This document shows positions 8,552 to 20,412 of a DNA stretch of 64,000 nucleotides, piece by piece. Origin of the DNA: a virus (Duplodnaviria > Caudoviricetes). The stretch covers positions 1 to 64,000 of IMG/VR virus record IMGVR_UViG_3300029305_002725; one strand, written 5' to 3'. The position numbers and the translations under genes are program-made. Each line of letters starts with the position of its first letter. Positions within the stretch are counted from its first letter, which is position 1. The notes below the pieces were generated by a model. It was not told where the DNA came from. It did not search any database and worked only from the letters and a program-made list of their open reading frames with translations.

Positions 8552-9235
8552 TTAAAATTCATCTAATAAAGCAGAGATGTCATCCAAGCCTTCCTTCTTG
8601 ATTTCTGTTCTCTGCATACTGTCATAATTGATACGCACAGCCTCTCTTTGCGCTCTTTCGACCTCAATACGTTCTGCCTTTAGTTTTTCCTGTCTCTTTC
8701 TCCACTGTGGAAATTTCTTAAGAACGACCGCAAGATCATAGTTAATTCTATTAACTCCCTCAATATTTTTGCCAGCCATCCTATTATTTCTGTTAATTTT
8801 ATTAAGAGTTGTTTGACCATCACGCCAACATGCCACAAAATCTGCATAGTCAATAGGCTTTGATTTTCGTCCATAAGTTCCAGTAATAACTGCATCAAGG
8901 CGTGTAAATACTGTACCTGGCACTTCTACAATATCATAGTTGTCTAACAAATGATTATATATATCATCTCTGTTGAACCAAAATTCTATTGCTTCCTTTG
9001 CATCATTCTCATACTCACCTATGTTACTCAGCGCATCCTTCCACATCTTATGTGGCTTTTTGCTGGCAAGTCTTTGTTCTACACGCTCTTTAAAGCACTT
9101 GCTATGATAATATTTATTTTTAAACAGTATTACATCATGAACATTATTTCTGTCAATGAGTATACTGTCCTTGCAATATTCACACTTTCTTACTGTAGAA
9201 TCAGCCATTTTTGCTCTCCATTTCTGCCAATGCAT
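8552..9235 (-). CDS. Zn-binding replication-module protein (helicase-associated)
   Basis: CxxC..HxxC motif; lies between the AAA ATPase and the helicase. Confidence 0.65.
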   Translation of the reverse strand: MHWQKWRAKMADSTVRKCEYCKDSILIDRNNVHDVILFKNKYYHSKCFKERVEQRLASKKPHKMWKDALSNIGEYENDAKEAIEFWFNRDDIYNHLLDNYDIVEVPGTVFTRLDAVITGTYGRKSKPIDYADFVACWRDGQTTLNKINRNNRMAGKNIEGVNRINYDLAVVLKKFPQWRKRQEKLKAERIEVERAQREAVRINYDSMQRTEIKKEGLDDISALLDEF

Positions 9236-9244
9236 ATATAAAGA

Positions 9245-9266
9245 TAGGGAGGACTAAGCCTCCCTA
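9245..9266 (-). terminator. Stem-loop, possible terminator
   Basis: TAGGGAGG/CCTCCCTA inverted repeat after the AAA gene. Confidence 0.5.
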
Positions 9267-9282
9267 CATTAATTTCGTATTG

Positions 9283-10428
9283 TTATTCAGAAACAATATT
9301 TAGAATCTGCTGAAGAACATTTGCATCAGTTACCTTTGCAAAATTCGTAGGAAGATTTGCCTCAGTCAGCTTCTTCTTCATTGCCTGCTTGCCTTCATTA
9401 TCTAGTTTTGCAACAGTGCTCTTAATAGTTGCTCTTAGACTGTCAACAGAGCCAGTAACTACAGGCTTATCATCAGACTCGTTATTGCTACCCATCATCT
9501 GCTTCTCAAAAATGGCCTGATCGGTATCAATTGCCTTATCCAAGTCATTTCTTAGAGTAAAGTCTGCTTTACCCTTCCCCTTCTGAATAACACTTTCCCA
9601 TGCAAGTAGAGAAGGATTCTCAATAATCTCACCTGCAGAATAAACACGGGTTCTATCCTTTACAACTTCTGCGCACACCTGACCTAGGTCGTCTCTGTAT
9701 AGTCTAACTAGGGTTTTAGTATTATAATCCATTCCCTTAAAGGAATCGTAAACCTTCTTGCCAGTAGCAACGCTGGTAATCTTACCATCATCACCCTTAA
9801 CAGAAATGGTTTCATCCTTTTCTCTTGCAGTGATAATAACGTGAACACCACATGCCATTAGAGATAGAACTAGATCCTGGCCTGAGTAATTTAACTGCGA
9901 GTAGTCTTTTAGTTCAAGGTTTGCATTACTTACAGCCACAAACTTCTCTTCTGCAGTTGCGCCAGACTTCTCAGCCTTAATCTTATTTCTCTTTCTAGAT
10001 AGATCCAGTAGGCTCTGAGAGCTAACTAGCTTTAGAACAGAGGTGCCATCTAGGACTAATGCATCAGGATAGAAATCTTCGCCATAGGCATCCTTAACAA
10101 TTTCGTCACCTTCGTTACCATCTTCGTCCAGTTCGTAGAATGGCTCATGATCTCTTACCTTGGCAATGTATTCCTTAATTTCCTTCTGAGACTGGCTATA
10201 AACAATGTAAATATTTCTTAGGTCAATACCATTGTCTTCTAGCTCAGCTAGACATTCTTCACAGCCACCGCTTTCTGCATCAAGAACCAGTAGTCTGAAA
10301 GGAGTTCCATCCTCTCTCTTAAAATGAGCCAGCTGTAGCGCCATAGTCGACTTACCAACACCGGGCTCACCATAAAATAACATATTTAGCTTAGGTTTAA
10401 TTGTGCTTCCACTTCTTGCTATTGCCAT
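9283..10428 (-). CDS. AAA ATPase (Sak4/AAA_24-like, SPbeta YorG-like)
   Basis: YGEPGVGKS, LVLDAE, LVLDG, ITAREK, KDRT. Confidence 0.85.
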   Translation of the reverse strand: MAIARSGSTIKPKLNMLFYGEPGVGKSTMALQLAHFKREDGTPFRLLVLDAESGGCEECLAELEDNGIDLRNIYIVYSQSQKEIKEYIAKVRDHEPFYELDEDGNEGDEIVKDAYGEDFYPDALVLDGTSVLKLVSSQSLLDLSRKRNKIKAEKSGATAEEKFVAVSNANLELKDYSQLNYSGQDLVLSLMACGVHVIITAREKDETISVKGDDGKITSVATGKKVYDSFKGMDYNTKTLVRLYRDDLGQVCAEVVKDRTRVYSAGEIIENPSLLAWESVIQKGKGKADFTLRNDLDKAIDTDQAIFEKQMMGSNNESDDKPVVTGSVDSLRATIKSTVAKLDNEGKQAMKKKLTEANLPTNFAKVTDANVLQQILNIVSE

Positions 10429-10461
10429 ATATCTTTACTCTCCTTTTATGTCAAATATTAA

Positions 10462-11529
10462 TTACCAGGGATCAGACTCATCATCTGCATCATCATAACT
10501 GTCGCCCCAGTCACCAGTATCTGTGCTTTCAGTGGTATTACCAGAGAAATTCTGTTCCGCAGTCTTAGATGCCTTTACCTTTTCCATTGCTTCTGCAACG
10601 TTCTTTTCAGTATAAGTCTCCTTATCAATAGTAGAAGGAGTGGCACCAGTAATAATCATTTCAGTCTTAGTAGGATTAGACACACGATTCATGGCATTTG
10701 CTTCACCCCAAGAATCCTCTTCCTCAACTTCCTGAACATTGTGAGACACCTCAATCTTTCCGTGCACAGTGATAGCAGTATAAGGCTTTAGATTCTTCTT
10801 AAACAGATTAGCTAGGCTCTTGTCAACAATATAGAACTCGGTATCTACAATATCAGAATAAGTTACAATCTTAGCAGAAACAATAAATCTACCAGTTGCC
10901 TTATCATCTACCTTTTCCTGGTCTACGCCCATAAACACAATAGTCTGAGTGAAATCATGGGCAGGCTTGTTATCTGCATCGTCATACTTGCTAAAGTCTA
11001 CTTCCTTGCATAGAGATACCTGACTAGGAATAAACTTTGTGCTTCTTCGTACGTTCTCTCCGTCCATAAAGCTACTAAATTCAATATTACCCTTGATAAA
11101 AGCAGACATATCATCCTTTAGATTTGCATTAATATATTCACATGCATCAAAAGGTGCCATGGTCTTCTTGTCATTAACTACCTTACCACTCTGATCCTTA
11201 GTCTTAGTTAAGCCTAGACCAACGCCGATCATGCGGAAGCCTTCTTCGTTAAACTTGTTTCTATTTGCCCAAGGTACGTCCTTAGTTTCAGTCTTTCCAG
11301 TGCTCTGGTTTCTCTTAGAGAAATAAACCTTCTGCTGAGGCATGCCATTTAGATTTAGATAAATGGTCTGCTTGTCATTGTATTCACATCCAAAATTTAC
11401 TGCTCTAAAATCCTTGCCAGTCTTAGTCTTCTTGTCGGTATAAAAACGTTCCTTTTCAACGCCGTTAATGATACCTCTCACCTGAAAGGTGCCCTTAGTT
11501 TCCTGTAATTCAAATACTCTGTTTGCCAT
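10462..11529 (-). CDS. Putative single-stranded DNA-binding protein
   Basis: Beta-rich sequence, acidic tail ending DDESDPW, next to the recombination ATPase. Confidence 0.65.
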   Translation of the reverse strand: MANRVFELQETKGTFQVRGIINGVEKERFYTDKKTKTGKDFRAVNFGCEYNDKQTIYLNLNGMPQQKVYFSKRNQSTGKTETKDVPWANRNKFNEEGFRMIGVGLGLTKTKDQSGKVVNDKKTMAPFDACEYINANLKDDMSAFIKGNIEFSSFMDGENVRRSTKFIPSQVSLCKEVDFSKYDDADNKPAHDFTQTIVFMGVDQEKVDDKATGRFIVSAKIVTYSDIVDTEFYIVDKSLANLFKKNLKPYTAITVHGKIEVSHNVQEVEEEDSWGEANAMNRVSNPTKTEMIITGATPSTIDKETYTEKNVAEAMEKVKASKTAEQNFSGNTTESTDTGDWGDSYDDADDESDPW

Positions 11530-11556
11530 TACGTAATACTCCTTTTCTGTCCTTTA

Positions 11557-12592
11557 TTAATTCAAGCAACCTCTATGGTTGCAATTTTCACAGCAGCAAT
11601 CATCATTTTGCATATCTTCTTCATATACAACAATATCATCAAAATTTTCTACAAAGATTCCATCAAGGTAATCTATCAATTCAATAATATTCTCACATTC
11701 AAAAATTGCATCAATGATTGTGTGCTTAATCATTTCGTAATTAGATTCTCCATCCATATAGAACTTCCATAGCCAATCTGTATTGCAGCATGTAGTAACA
11801 TAAAACACAGGCTCATCATGCGACTTAATCAAATCAATGCAACAAATATTTTCTAGGTCATTCTCTGGACTAACATAAATTGTTTCTGTCATTGCTGTTC
11901 CATGATAAATCATATAAGTACCTCTCTTTTGTCATAAATTTTGTATTGTTAATCATAAAAATATAATTTTCTCAATAATAACGATTATCTAAATTTGGAT
12001 TCATATAAACATAAATATCTTCTTCTTTATCTCCGCAATTTAATCCAATGTGTCCTCTACACTCTGGACAAACTGATTTAATTATAGATTTTTCAATAGA
12101 AACTTTCCTGTTTATTTGATATATATGACCACAATTTTGGCACTGAATCCACGTGCGATCTTTTCCCCCGCCTTTCAAACATATGTAACCTCCCTTCGCC
12201 AACAATAAAACACACATTCATTTTGTATTGTTTCTTTTACTGGCTATATAATATCATACTTTTTATATTTTGTCAAGCCCCTATAATTTGCTTCCCGTAC
12301 CCCATTACCCGCAGTTAATACTGCATTACAATTTTCTAATTTTTATACACATTACATCATCGGCAAAGCAATATAACTCGCCTTTTATACCAATATTACA
12401 AACCTTTTCTTTTTCAATATAGATTTCTTGATTGTTAACCAAAAAGCCAAGGCGCTTTTCATCATCTACAATCTGAAAAGCACACTTAACATTCTGGTCT
12501 CCATATAGTTTATTCCCTATGTGCACCCACACATGCGACCCTTCAATTTTCTTTAGTTCATTTATTAAATCTTTTATACCATACGCTAACAT
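11557..12592 (-). CDS. Three hypothetical proteins (11557-11913, 11972-12217 Zn ribbon, 12326-12592)
   Basis: ORFs with RBS; CxxC..CxxC in the middle one. Confidence 0.6.
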
Positions 12593-12653
12593 TTGATGCC
12601 CTCCTAATTTGCCGATTGTTGCTTATCATTAGTAAAACTGCAAATCCATATTA

Positions 12654-13568
12654 TTATACAAGTTGAGCGTAACGGTGTGCTACATTATCAATGCGAAATT
12701 CACTATTGTAATTATATTTATCCATAAGTTTTGCACCATCTGATGTCATCAAAAATTCCTTTAGTCCAAGCCCAGTCTTTTCCATTCCTTGGCGCAAATA
12801 ATAAGTCATGCCTGATGTTGAAATGTTTTTCATTGTCATTTCTTCTATTCCAACATGCTTTCTAAAGTTCTGAACTTTTCTATACACCCATCTAAAAAAC
12901 TTATCGTCAGAATCCATTGCATGAGCATTATCCCTTTCTTTGTACATTCTGCCCTTGCCAATTAATTTCTTAACTCTGAGTGTTTCGCCATAACAAAGAT
13001 ATTCTTCTTCATCAAATGCTTTAAGCAATAAATCATAAAGTCTATTAGTTAAGTCAAACACTCTTCCATCTGGCAAATGTAATTGCTTTGCTTCGTGATC
13101 AATCATATTTTCTTCAAGGCCAACAAGATCCCTCATACTGTTTCCAGACAGACCCTCCCATAAACATTCTACAATTGCTTTATCTGTCCAGTTGTATAAT
13201 TGATCTTCAATTTCTGTTATTTCTTCCATTGATAATGTTTTATTTGCACTTTCTGCGATTAACGGTTTGACCATATCTGTATTTATATCCTCATAGGCTA
13301 TTTCGTTTTCTAGCCCATGATAATGTTTCATCCAAGCGCAATATGCTTTAAGTATAGTATTATAATTTAATAATACATATACTGATTTTGCACCGAATGC
13401 ACGATACATTTCTACAACCTCTTCTTTTGTGAATCGACTACAATCCTTACCAAGCTTTTCTTCATAAGGCTCTACCTTTCTGAATAAACTATACAGTGAC
13501 GTTTTTGCAACGACACGGCTTCTCATGTAATCCTTTATAAAACCCTCTTTCATTTCATTTTGATACAT
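12654..13568 (-). CDS. Degenerate tyrosine-recombinase-fold protein, SPbeta MrpR(YopR)-like master repressor
   Basis: MYQNEMKE..KDCSRFT..EDQLYNWTDKAIVECLWEGLSG..KNISTSG parallels MrpR as I recall it. Catalytic R and HxxR are absent. Start chosen by the AAGGAG RBS. Confidence 0.7.
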   Translation of the reverse strand: MYQNEMKEGFIKDYMRSRVVAKTSLYSLFRKVEPYEEKLGKDCSRFTKEEVVEMYRAFGAKSVYVLLNYNTILKAYCAWMKHYHGLENEIAYEDINTDMVKPLIAESANKTLSMEEITEIEDQLYNWTDKAIVECLWEGLSGNSMRDLVGLEENMIDHEAKQLHLPDGRVFDLTNRLYDLLLKAFDEEEYLCYGETLRVKKLIGKGRMYKERDNAHAMDSDDKFFRWVYRKVQNFRKHVGIEEMTMKNISTSGMTYYLRQGMEKTGLGLKEFLMTSDGAKLMDKYNYNSEFRIDNVAHRYAQLV

Positions 13569-13658
13569 TTTATCCACTCCTTGTGGGGTTATTTTTATTT
13601 TATTATTTCCAAATTTGCTCGTCAACACATAAATTTTGGTAATCAAATAAATTTAAAA

Positions 13659-14630
13659 TCAAATTAAATCATCAAGAATATTTGCCGCCTGTTTTTGCTT
13701 CTCTTGGGAAAGCTCTGCATATCTTTGCGTAGTAGAAACATTCTTATGATGCAATTGTTTTGCACAAAGATAAATGTCGCCTGTCTTTTCATACAGGTTA
13801 GTGGCACAAGAATGTCTCATTACATGAGGAGTTACACGTTTATCTACAACATCTGTATATTTTGTCAACAAATCGTTAATTGTTCTTGTGCTAATTCGGC
13901 TACTCTCCTGAGAGACAAATAAGGCATCATTGTTTGCATTTGGAAAATATTTTTTTCTATCCTCTAGCCACAACAAAATTTGTGCCTTCATATTTTCTCC
14001 AATGAGTACATAATAATCTCTATCGCCTTTTTCAGTAACCTTAATTCTATTACGTTTCAAATCAAGGTCGTCAATATCAATTTGTACAATTGCAGAAATA
14101 CGAAGGCCAGTTGCAAAGCCCAATTTTAAAATGCACAAATCTCTGTTGACCATGCGCTCGTTTGCCTTCTTTTTTACATTCTCAAGAACACTTGCAATTT
14201 CACTTTCAGTTAAAAAAGTAACATCAGGGTTATCTCTCATTTTAGGTCTATCAGTATTTAGAACTGGGTTGCTGTTAATATGCTCTGGAACTAAAAAATC
14301 AAAAAAAGAATTTAGAGCAGACCAACTAACAGTCTTGTAACTATCAGAAATTCTTTTTGTTTTTCCATTGACCTTTCTTGTGCGCAAAGAAGAAATATAT
14401 TTATTAATATGTGTAGATTTTACCTCTGTATAAAAATCTTCATCACAGTCTTCTTCAAATGTAAACTTTATAAATTGATATAGACGATCAATATATGTTT
14501 TTGCAGTTCCATATGATTTACCAGAGCTGATTAAACTATAATAGTAGTCAGTAAAAATCTCTGGCATATTATTTAATTGTGTCTTTATATTGCTTTCAAG
14601 TTGCATTTCTTTTTCATATCTGCCACTCAT
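13659..14630 (-). CDS. Tyrosine recombinase (XerC/D-like)
   Basis: TGLRIS, EKGD, HVMRH, LHH, TQRY catalytic residues intact. Confidence 0.92.
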   Translation of the reverse strand: MSGRYEKEMQLESNIKTQLNNMPEIFTDYYYSLISSGKSYGTAKTYIDRLYQFIKFTFEEDCDEDFYTEVKSTHINKYISSLRTRKVNGKTKRISDSYKTVSWSALNSFFDFLVPEHINSNPVLNTDRPKMRDNPDVTFLTESEIASVLENVKKKANERMVNRDLCILKLGFATGLRISAIVQIDIDDLDLKRNRIKVTEKGDRDYYVLIGENMKAQILLWLEDRKKYFPNANNDALFVSQESSRISTRTINDLLTKYTDVVDKRVTPHVMRHSCATNLYEKTGDIYLCAKQLHHKNVSTTQRYAELSQEKQKQAANILDDLI

Positions 14631-15513
14631 TTATACCCCTCCTCTTTTAGCTTCTTCTTTCGGTAATTAAAAAATATTACAGATGCAAGGATCCAGATTC
14701 CAATTCTGTCATAGAAGATAACTGCAATGGCCATGATAAAAACATACCACATCCATGCAATTAGCAAACCGTCAATGCATAGCTCATTCTTAAATGTTGC
14801 TTTTAGTGGCTCCTTCTTTACTTGGGTGCTCATTTGGACTGGTTCATTTCTGATCGTCTGATAAAAACAAGTCTTATTGAAGCGATAAAGTATACCATCT
14901 ACAGTAAATCTATATTCATCTTTCTCTTCATCGCAGTCAACAAATATACCTGTATAATTACGGACGTTTCTATGTCCATCAGTATACCAAAGAATGTGGA
15001 TTTTATCTCCTGAGTTGTATCTTACCCCTTTGTAAATTACATAATCTTGTTTCAATTAAATCTCCTCCAAGCAACTAATTGCCTCCTCTAAAGCGTCAAT
15101 TGCTGCCTCTAAATTCTCTTGTGCATCCACTGAGTTAAGGCCGTTTTCGGATTCTTGGAGACCTTCAGGCATATTGTCGTAGGATTCCTGTTCGTCATCA
15201 AGTATATTTTGGACCAATGATTCGATTTTTTTAATTGCGTCTACAATTCTTCTGCGTCTTTCTTTGTTCATACAGATACCTCCAACTGAACCTGTGCCAC
15301 ATATTCATTGATTGCCTTTTTTCTGTCTTTCCTTTTCTGTTTTGTAGCTTCTCTCTGTCTCCAATACGGATGATCTTCATTCTTCTGAAGATACCAACAA
15401 TTCTTGCCAAGGCAATTTTTGCATTTCATCTGTTTGACTGTCATGCCGCAATGGTGATGCTTGCAATACGCAGCTACATTATTAGAACTGGTGTTAAACA
15501 GACATGTTGTCAT
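14627..15513 (-). CDS. Three hypothetical proteins (14627-15055 membrane, 15056-15271 acidic helical, 15268-15513 Cys/His-rich)
   Basis: Coupled ORFs upstream of the recombinase. Confidence 0.65.
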
Positions 15514-15539
15514 TTTTATCTCTCCCTTTTCTTATGGTG

Positions 15540-15568
15540 ATTTTACCATATTAATTTTGTATTGTCAA
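15540..15568 (-). promoter_or_regulatory. Sigma-A promoter of the recombinase/repressor operon, motif in spacer
   Basis: TTGACA-ATACAAAATTAATATGG-TAAAAT. Confidence 0.75.
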
Positions 15569-15581
15569 TAGTTGTTTTATG

Positions 15582-16106
15582 TTAAGATGCAACATTTTTC
15601 ATGCGCTTTTCAAAAGATGCTTTATACGGTGCAAATGCTTCTGTTTCATCATAATTCATAGACTTAAGAATTTCCATACGCTCTTCTTCATTGATTATTC
15701 TTATAATTCTAATTCTGTCTGCAATAATCCATAGACGATTTCCAGACTCTCGAAAATTATAGAAGCCGCCATCTGGAAGTCGATCAGTAAAACACTTCTT
15801 TGGAAGTTTTTCTACCTCACTTGTATAATCTAAATCCGCTGCATATTCTACTTCGCACCACACTCTTTTAAATCTCTTGCCACGCTGAGACTTGTATTCT
15901 CCATCTGCAGACATGAGCCATGGAGCGCTAGGCATTGTTGCCCCAATATGCCATCCCGGACGATGAGCAAATCCCTTGTGGTCCATCACAATTTCTGCAG
16001 GAACCCATTCATTCATAGGAGTCTCTTTTGTCTTGCCAATAAAAAGAGGGAATAACTTATTGTCGTCCCTCATCTCGAATAATTTGTAACCAATGCTTGT
16101 TTTCAT
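15582..16106 (-). CDS. Conserved-looking hypothetical phage protein
   Basis: GYKLF..LFPLFI..AHRPGWH..RVWCEVEY. Confidence 0.75.
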   Translation of the reverse strand: MKTSIGYKLFEMRDDNKLFPLFIGKTKETPMNEWVPAEIVMDHKGFAHRPGWHIGATMPSAPWLMSADGEYKSQRGKRFKRVWCEVEYAADLDYTSEVEKLPKKCFTDRLPDGGFYNFRESGNRLWIIADRIRIIRIINEEERMEILKSMNYDETEAFAPYKASFEKRMKNVAS

Positions 16107-16122
16107 AAGTTAACCCTCCTAA

Positions 16123-16473
16123 TTAAATATATTTCTTGGCCCAGTCAATAAGCCACTGCATCGTATCTTGTGTGACATTATTGTGATGTGTTGCAGAATT
16201 CTCTTCCTGCTCCAACAGCGCAACTACACAATCATCGAAGTACTCATCGCCTCTGTCATACAAATAGGTCGTGCAAACACTAGACAAATGATCCCAAAAC
16301 TCGTCTTCTGTTTTCGCGTCTAACAAAACGTTATGTGGATAAATGCACATTTCTACTACTTGTCCATTTCCATCATTTCCATCCGCATTATAATACAACC
16401 AGTATCCATGATCTTCACATAATTTAAATCTATCTTGCCACCATAAATCTTTTTCATCATATTTAGTTTTCAT
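16123..16473 (-). CDS. Hypothetical protein
   Basis: ORF coupled to the HNH gene. Confidence 0.7.
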   Translation of the reverse strand: MKTKYDEKDLWWQDRFKLCEDHGYWLYYNADGNDGNGQVVEMCIYPHNVLLDAKTEDEFWDHLSSVCTTYLYDRGDEYFDDCVVALLEQEENSATHHNNVTQDTMQWLIDWAKKYI

Positions 16474-17090
16474 ACTTCAATCTCCTTTCCGTATCTCCAA
16501 ACTTCACCGCAATAAGGTGTGCCACTCTTAATAGACTCTCGAATATGTTTCTTTACAGTACAAAATGCTTTCTTGTTGCCATGAGCAATAACATTTACTG
16601 CCTTGTCCATACTTGTAAACTTTTTAGACCCGCACCAAATATAATCTCTATTATCCTTGCGCTTTTTCTGAACTTCAATGGGCTTATATCCATCAGGCAC
16701 AGTACTTCCTTTAGCTCCATTACAAACAGTACACATGGTTTGCATATTTTCAATACAGTCTGCGCCACCCTTGCTTTTAGGTAAGATATGGTCCTTAGTC
16801 ATTAGTACATCATCGTCAGAATACAGATTGAAATGGGCTCTCTTTTGGCTACTTCCCTTAGATTTTTCCAATGCATAATAAGCTCCAACTTTCCCGCAAC
16901 AAACGCATTTATATCCCTTTTCAATAAAAGTCTTGTAACGCAAACTTGTAGTGTACACATCATGCCCTTCAACTTGAATATTATGTTCAATATTCTTATC
17001 ATTCTTATGGCATGCGTGATTAATTACATCTTCTTTAACCATCGCTTCCACTTCTTCAACAGAAAAAGTTTTAATTCTTTCAAGTGTCAT
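16470..17090 (-). CDS. HNH endonuclease
   Basis: CVCCG..TKDHILPKSKGG..NMQTMCTVCNGAKG. Confidence 0.88.
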   Translation of the reverse strand: MTLERIKTFSVEEVEAMVKEDVINHACHKNDKNIEHNIQVEGHDVYTTSLRYKTFIEKGYKCVCCGKVGAYYALEKSKGSSQKRAHFNLYSDDDVLMTKDHILPKSKGGADCIENMQTMCTVCNGAKGSTVPDGYKPIEVQKKRKDNRDYIWCGSKKFTSMDKAVNVIAHGNKKAFCTVKKHIRESIKSGTPYCGEVWRYGKEIEV

Positions 17091-17113
17091 ATTTTAATTC
17101 CTTTCTAAATAGC

Positions 17114-17144
17114 AAAAAGGAGGCCAGGTTTCCCTAGCCTCCTT
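17114..17144 (-). terminator. Rho-independent terminator
   Basis: AAGGAGGCTAGG-GAAA-CCTGGCCTCCTTTTT on the minus strand. Confidence 0.8.
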
Positions 17145-17154
17145 CTTATATTAT

Positions 17155-19711
17155 TTATTCACTTGCAACGCCAAACTCTTCAAGGATCTTGTCAATCACA
17201 AAATTATCAAGATCATTATAGTAATCTTCAGTATCTTCATGCTCCTTTTCGAAATCAATAGCAAGCGTCAACGCATAATAAAACGCATCCTTACTATCTT
17301 CAATTTCAATCTTCTTGTCCTTGATTAAAGACATCATAATGCCACCGATTTCGAAAGCATTTTCCATTTCGTTTAAATTAAAAGCACTCTTCATAATATA
17401 ATCTCCCATTAAACATATATAATTAAAATGAACTCCACTTAAAAACTCCTTTTAACTCACCCTTCGCCCATTTGCGTGCAAGTTTCAACATTCCAAAACT
17501 AGCAACAATATCTCCCTCGCCACGATCAAGACACACATCATATACAACATGCTCTCTGCCAAATCTTTTCCCATCGTCAAGATAGTATTGTTCCTTTGTC
17601 TTTACAATTCCATATTGTCCAATAATTTGGACAGTTTTATGTTCTAAAACTTCTTTATACATTACCTCACTCCCTATATTTTAAACATTATACGCGACAG
17701 TTTCACGCATAATAATATGATTGCTAGTTAAATTGAAGTCATATGTTTTGTATATGGCACCAGGCATCACATCATAACCAGTCTGGTCAAATACGTTAAA
17801 ATACTCACATCTCTCTTCATGTGTCATATCTTCGAAATCCCAATATTCATCATCACTTTCAAGCGCATAAACACGGATCCGTTCTGCAGATTCGTCCCAC
17901 CCATTAAGTGGTGACTCATAGACTTTTTTCATTTGTTTTACACCTCTCTTTATTCACCAGACTCAACATCATTGATATTAAATTTTACTTTAATATAAGC
18001 TTCATCATAACTTACGCCGCATGCGTCACAATACTCCTCCCATGCGTCGCAATCATAATCATCGGCATATAAAATTATATAATTCATATGTTTACCTCCC
18101 CCCCCCCATTATAAAATCACTCTTTTATGTGATAATCAACTTATCAAACATCATCGTATCTTGAATTTGGTAATCCCATATTTCAAGAATCTTAGCATAA
18201 GTATCATATTGGCTGTTGTAATGCCTCAAAACCCTCTCTTTTGCCTTTTCTTCATTGTCGGCAAATACATATTTACAAGTTTCATAACGGCTCATGCCAT
18301 CATCCACATAAACTCTAATCTTATAGTAATGTGTAAAACCCATATATTTACCTCCTCATAAAATCGTCATTTTATTTCCAAATTGTATCTGGATTTCCGC
18401 TATAATGAACATACAGCTTAAACTCTATTCCCTCACATGATTCTTTGAATCTAGGGTGCATGGATAGAAATTCTTCTTTTGTCATATTCATATAAAGTCT
18501 ACACATCCGTTTTACATCAGAGCCATTTCCTCCAAATGTGCGGACTTCTGTTCCATCTGGACAACAAACATACATATATCTTCTTGCCATGTTTATACCT
18601 CACAAAACCTGTACTCTTCTTCTGTAATCAAACGTTCTCTATACATATCTTCAAGAGTTCTGTATACTGCTGTCAATCTCCATGATGCATAACAAAAACC
18701 ATCGAAATGACCTACACAATGGTCATAATTTTCCTTAATCTGATTTTGTAGTCTTTCCGCAAGGTCATATCTATGAAAGAAATTTGCCTTATACATAGCA
18801 GCTTTTAATTCCAATTCATCAATGATGATTTCTTGCTGTTCGATAGTTTTATTAAGATTAATAAGCTCAAAACCAAAATCCATAGTCGAACTACGTTTAT
18901 AAACATTTTCCCTCATATATATTTACCTCTTAAAATTGCCATTTTAGTTGCTTGTCTTATACAAGTCTGGAAAAATATCTTTGTATTCTCCTATTGTACC
19001 TCTCTTACAAGAGCAACAATTATCCAAGAAGATATTAAATTTTTCCACATCAGTTTCAACTCTGTCTGTCAAGTCATAAATACAGCCTTTGCATTCGTTT
19101 TCTGCCATAACTTCTACCTCATAAAATTATCCTTTTATCAGTTCCAATTTGAATAAAATTCTCTCTGCTTCAAGTGTTCTTCGTACTCTGCAAACAACTT
19201 GTCATTATCAAACAACTGCTTCATATAAGCCTTGTCAAGATATTCGCTCTCATAAAACTCTTCAAAACAAACATAAAGTTCACCATCATAACCAAATTCT
19301 TCAATGTAATCATCAAAAGAATATTCGGTTTCATCTACTAAATTTTCATAATAATCTTTTATTGCGTCCATCTGTCTGTCTACAGAAATTCTACGCATCC
19401 AATCAGTTTTATACAGTTCGTATGCTAAATGATAAATATACATATTGTTTCCTCCTCATAAAATTACATTTTTATTTCTCCCAAACGTAATTTCCGTTTT
19501 CGTCTTCAACAATAATTGCTTCACCATCAATATCCTCTGCTTTGCCAAAATCGGCATCAATATATTCAGATTCTGCTTTTGACTTTGCTTCTTCAAGATT
19601 TTCGGCTTCCACTTCTGCTATATATCTTGCTTCAATCTTATATGTAACATAAAATTTACCCATATTTATCCTCCACATTAATTTTGTACTGTTAATGCTG
19701 CTTAAACACAA
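17155..19711 (-). CDS. Run of small hypothetical ORFs (17155-17409, 17423-17662, 17681-17932, 18125-18343, 18372-18590, 18593-18916, 19138-19443, 19472-19711)
   Basis: Head-to-tail ORFs with GAGG-type RBS; accessory region. Confidence 0.7.
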
Positions 19712-20378
19712 CCGCTTTCACTTTCTTACTAAAACAAACTCCACACGCAGAGCAAGTACTTTCTCTTCCAGGACATCTAAATGCGTTCTTAGGAAACTCA
19801 GGGTTAAGCCTCTTGTCGTTAAAATCTACATACGCAATACCAAGCCCATGAGGGTTAGGAACTTCCCACAACTTGTCCCATGCAGAAAACAGTACATTAA
19901 GGTTATCTGGCAATTCTCCGTTTTTATCAATGTATTCGTTTACAATTTCGTATTTCTTTGTGAAAGCCATATGTGAAACATTAGGAGTTTTTTTACAAAT
20001 ATCAATCATTCTTTCGAAGAATTCTGCGTCCGCAATATCACCGCTATCAAACCATCTCACTTTAGGAAGACCAGAGAACTTAATTTTACAATAAATTTGC
20101 TCAAAGAAATTATCAGGGTCATCATAATACAATCTTAAATTTCTGTAGTACGCACCCTGAACCGTTGCAATTTGCTGACATCCTTTGCCTGCATAGCATC
20201 CTTCTTTACAAGGTGCATCTTCTCTACAAGTACACAAAGGAAATGCAAGATTCAAACATGCCTTGCCAGTTTTGCTATTGTTGTTAGACATACTGATTTC
20301 GTTGCTTTTATTTGATAAAAAATCAATATACTCCTGTCTACTCATTGCGAATTCTTGTTTCTGTTTGTTCTTTTTCAT
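19692..20378 (-). CDS. Gp88-like Cys-rich (radical-SAM-like) protein
   Basis: NSKTG..TC..C..GCYA..VRWFDSGD..AFTK..C..CSACGVC. Confidence 0.7.
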   Translation of the reverse strand: MKKNKQKQEFAMSRQEYIDFLSNKSNEISMSNNNSKTGKACLNLAFPLCTCREDAPCKEGCYAGKGCQQIATVQGAYYRNLRLYYDDPDNFFEQIYCKIKFSGLPKVRWFDSGDIADAEFFERMIDICKKTPNVSHMAFTKKYEIVNEYIDKNGELPDNLNVLFSAWDKLWEVPNPHGLGIAYVDFNDKRLNPEFPKNAFRCPGRESTCSACGVCFSKKVKAVVFKQH

Positions 20379-20412
20379 AAATAGACCTCCTAAGTATTAA
20401 TGTAATTTATAT

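Noticed and set aside
12654-13646. Second active integrase and an att site
   Set aside because: Catalytic Arg and HxxR are missing, so a repressor role fits better. No host genes or att junction are visible in the window.
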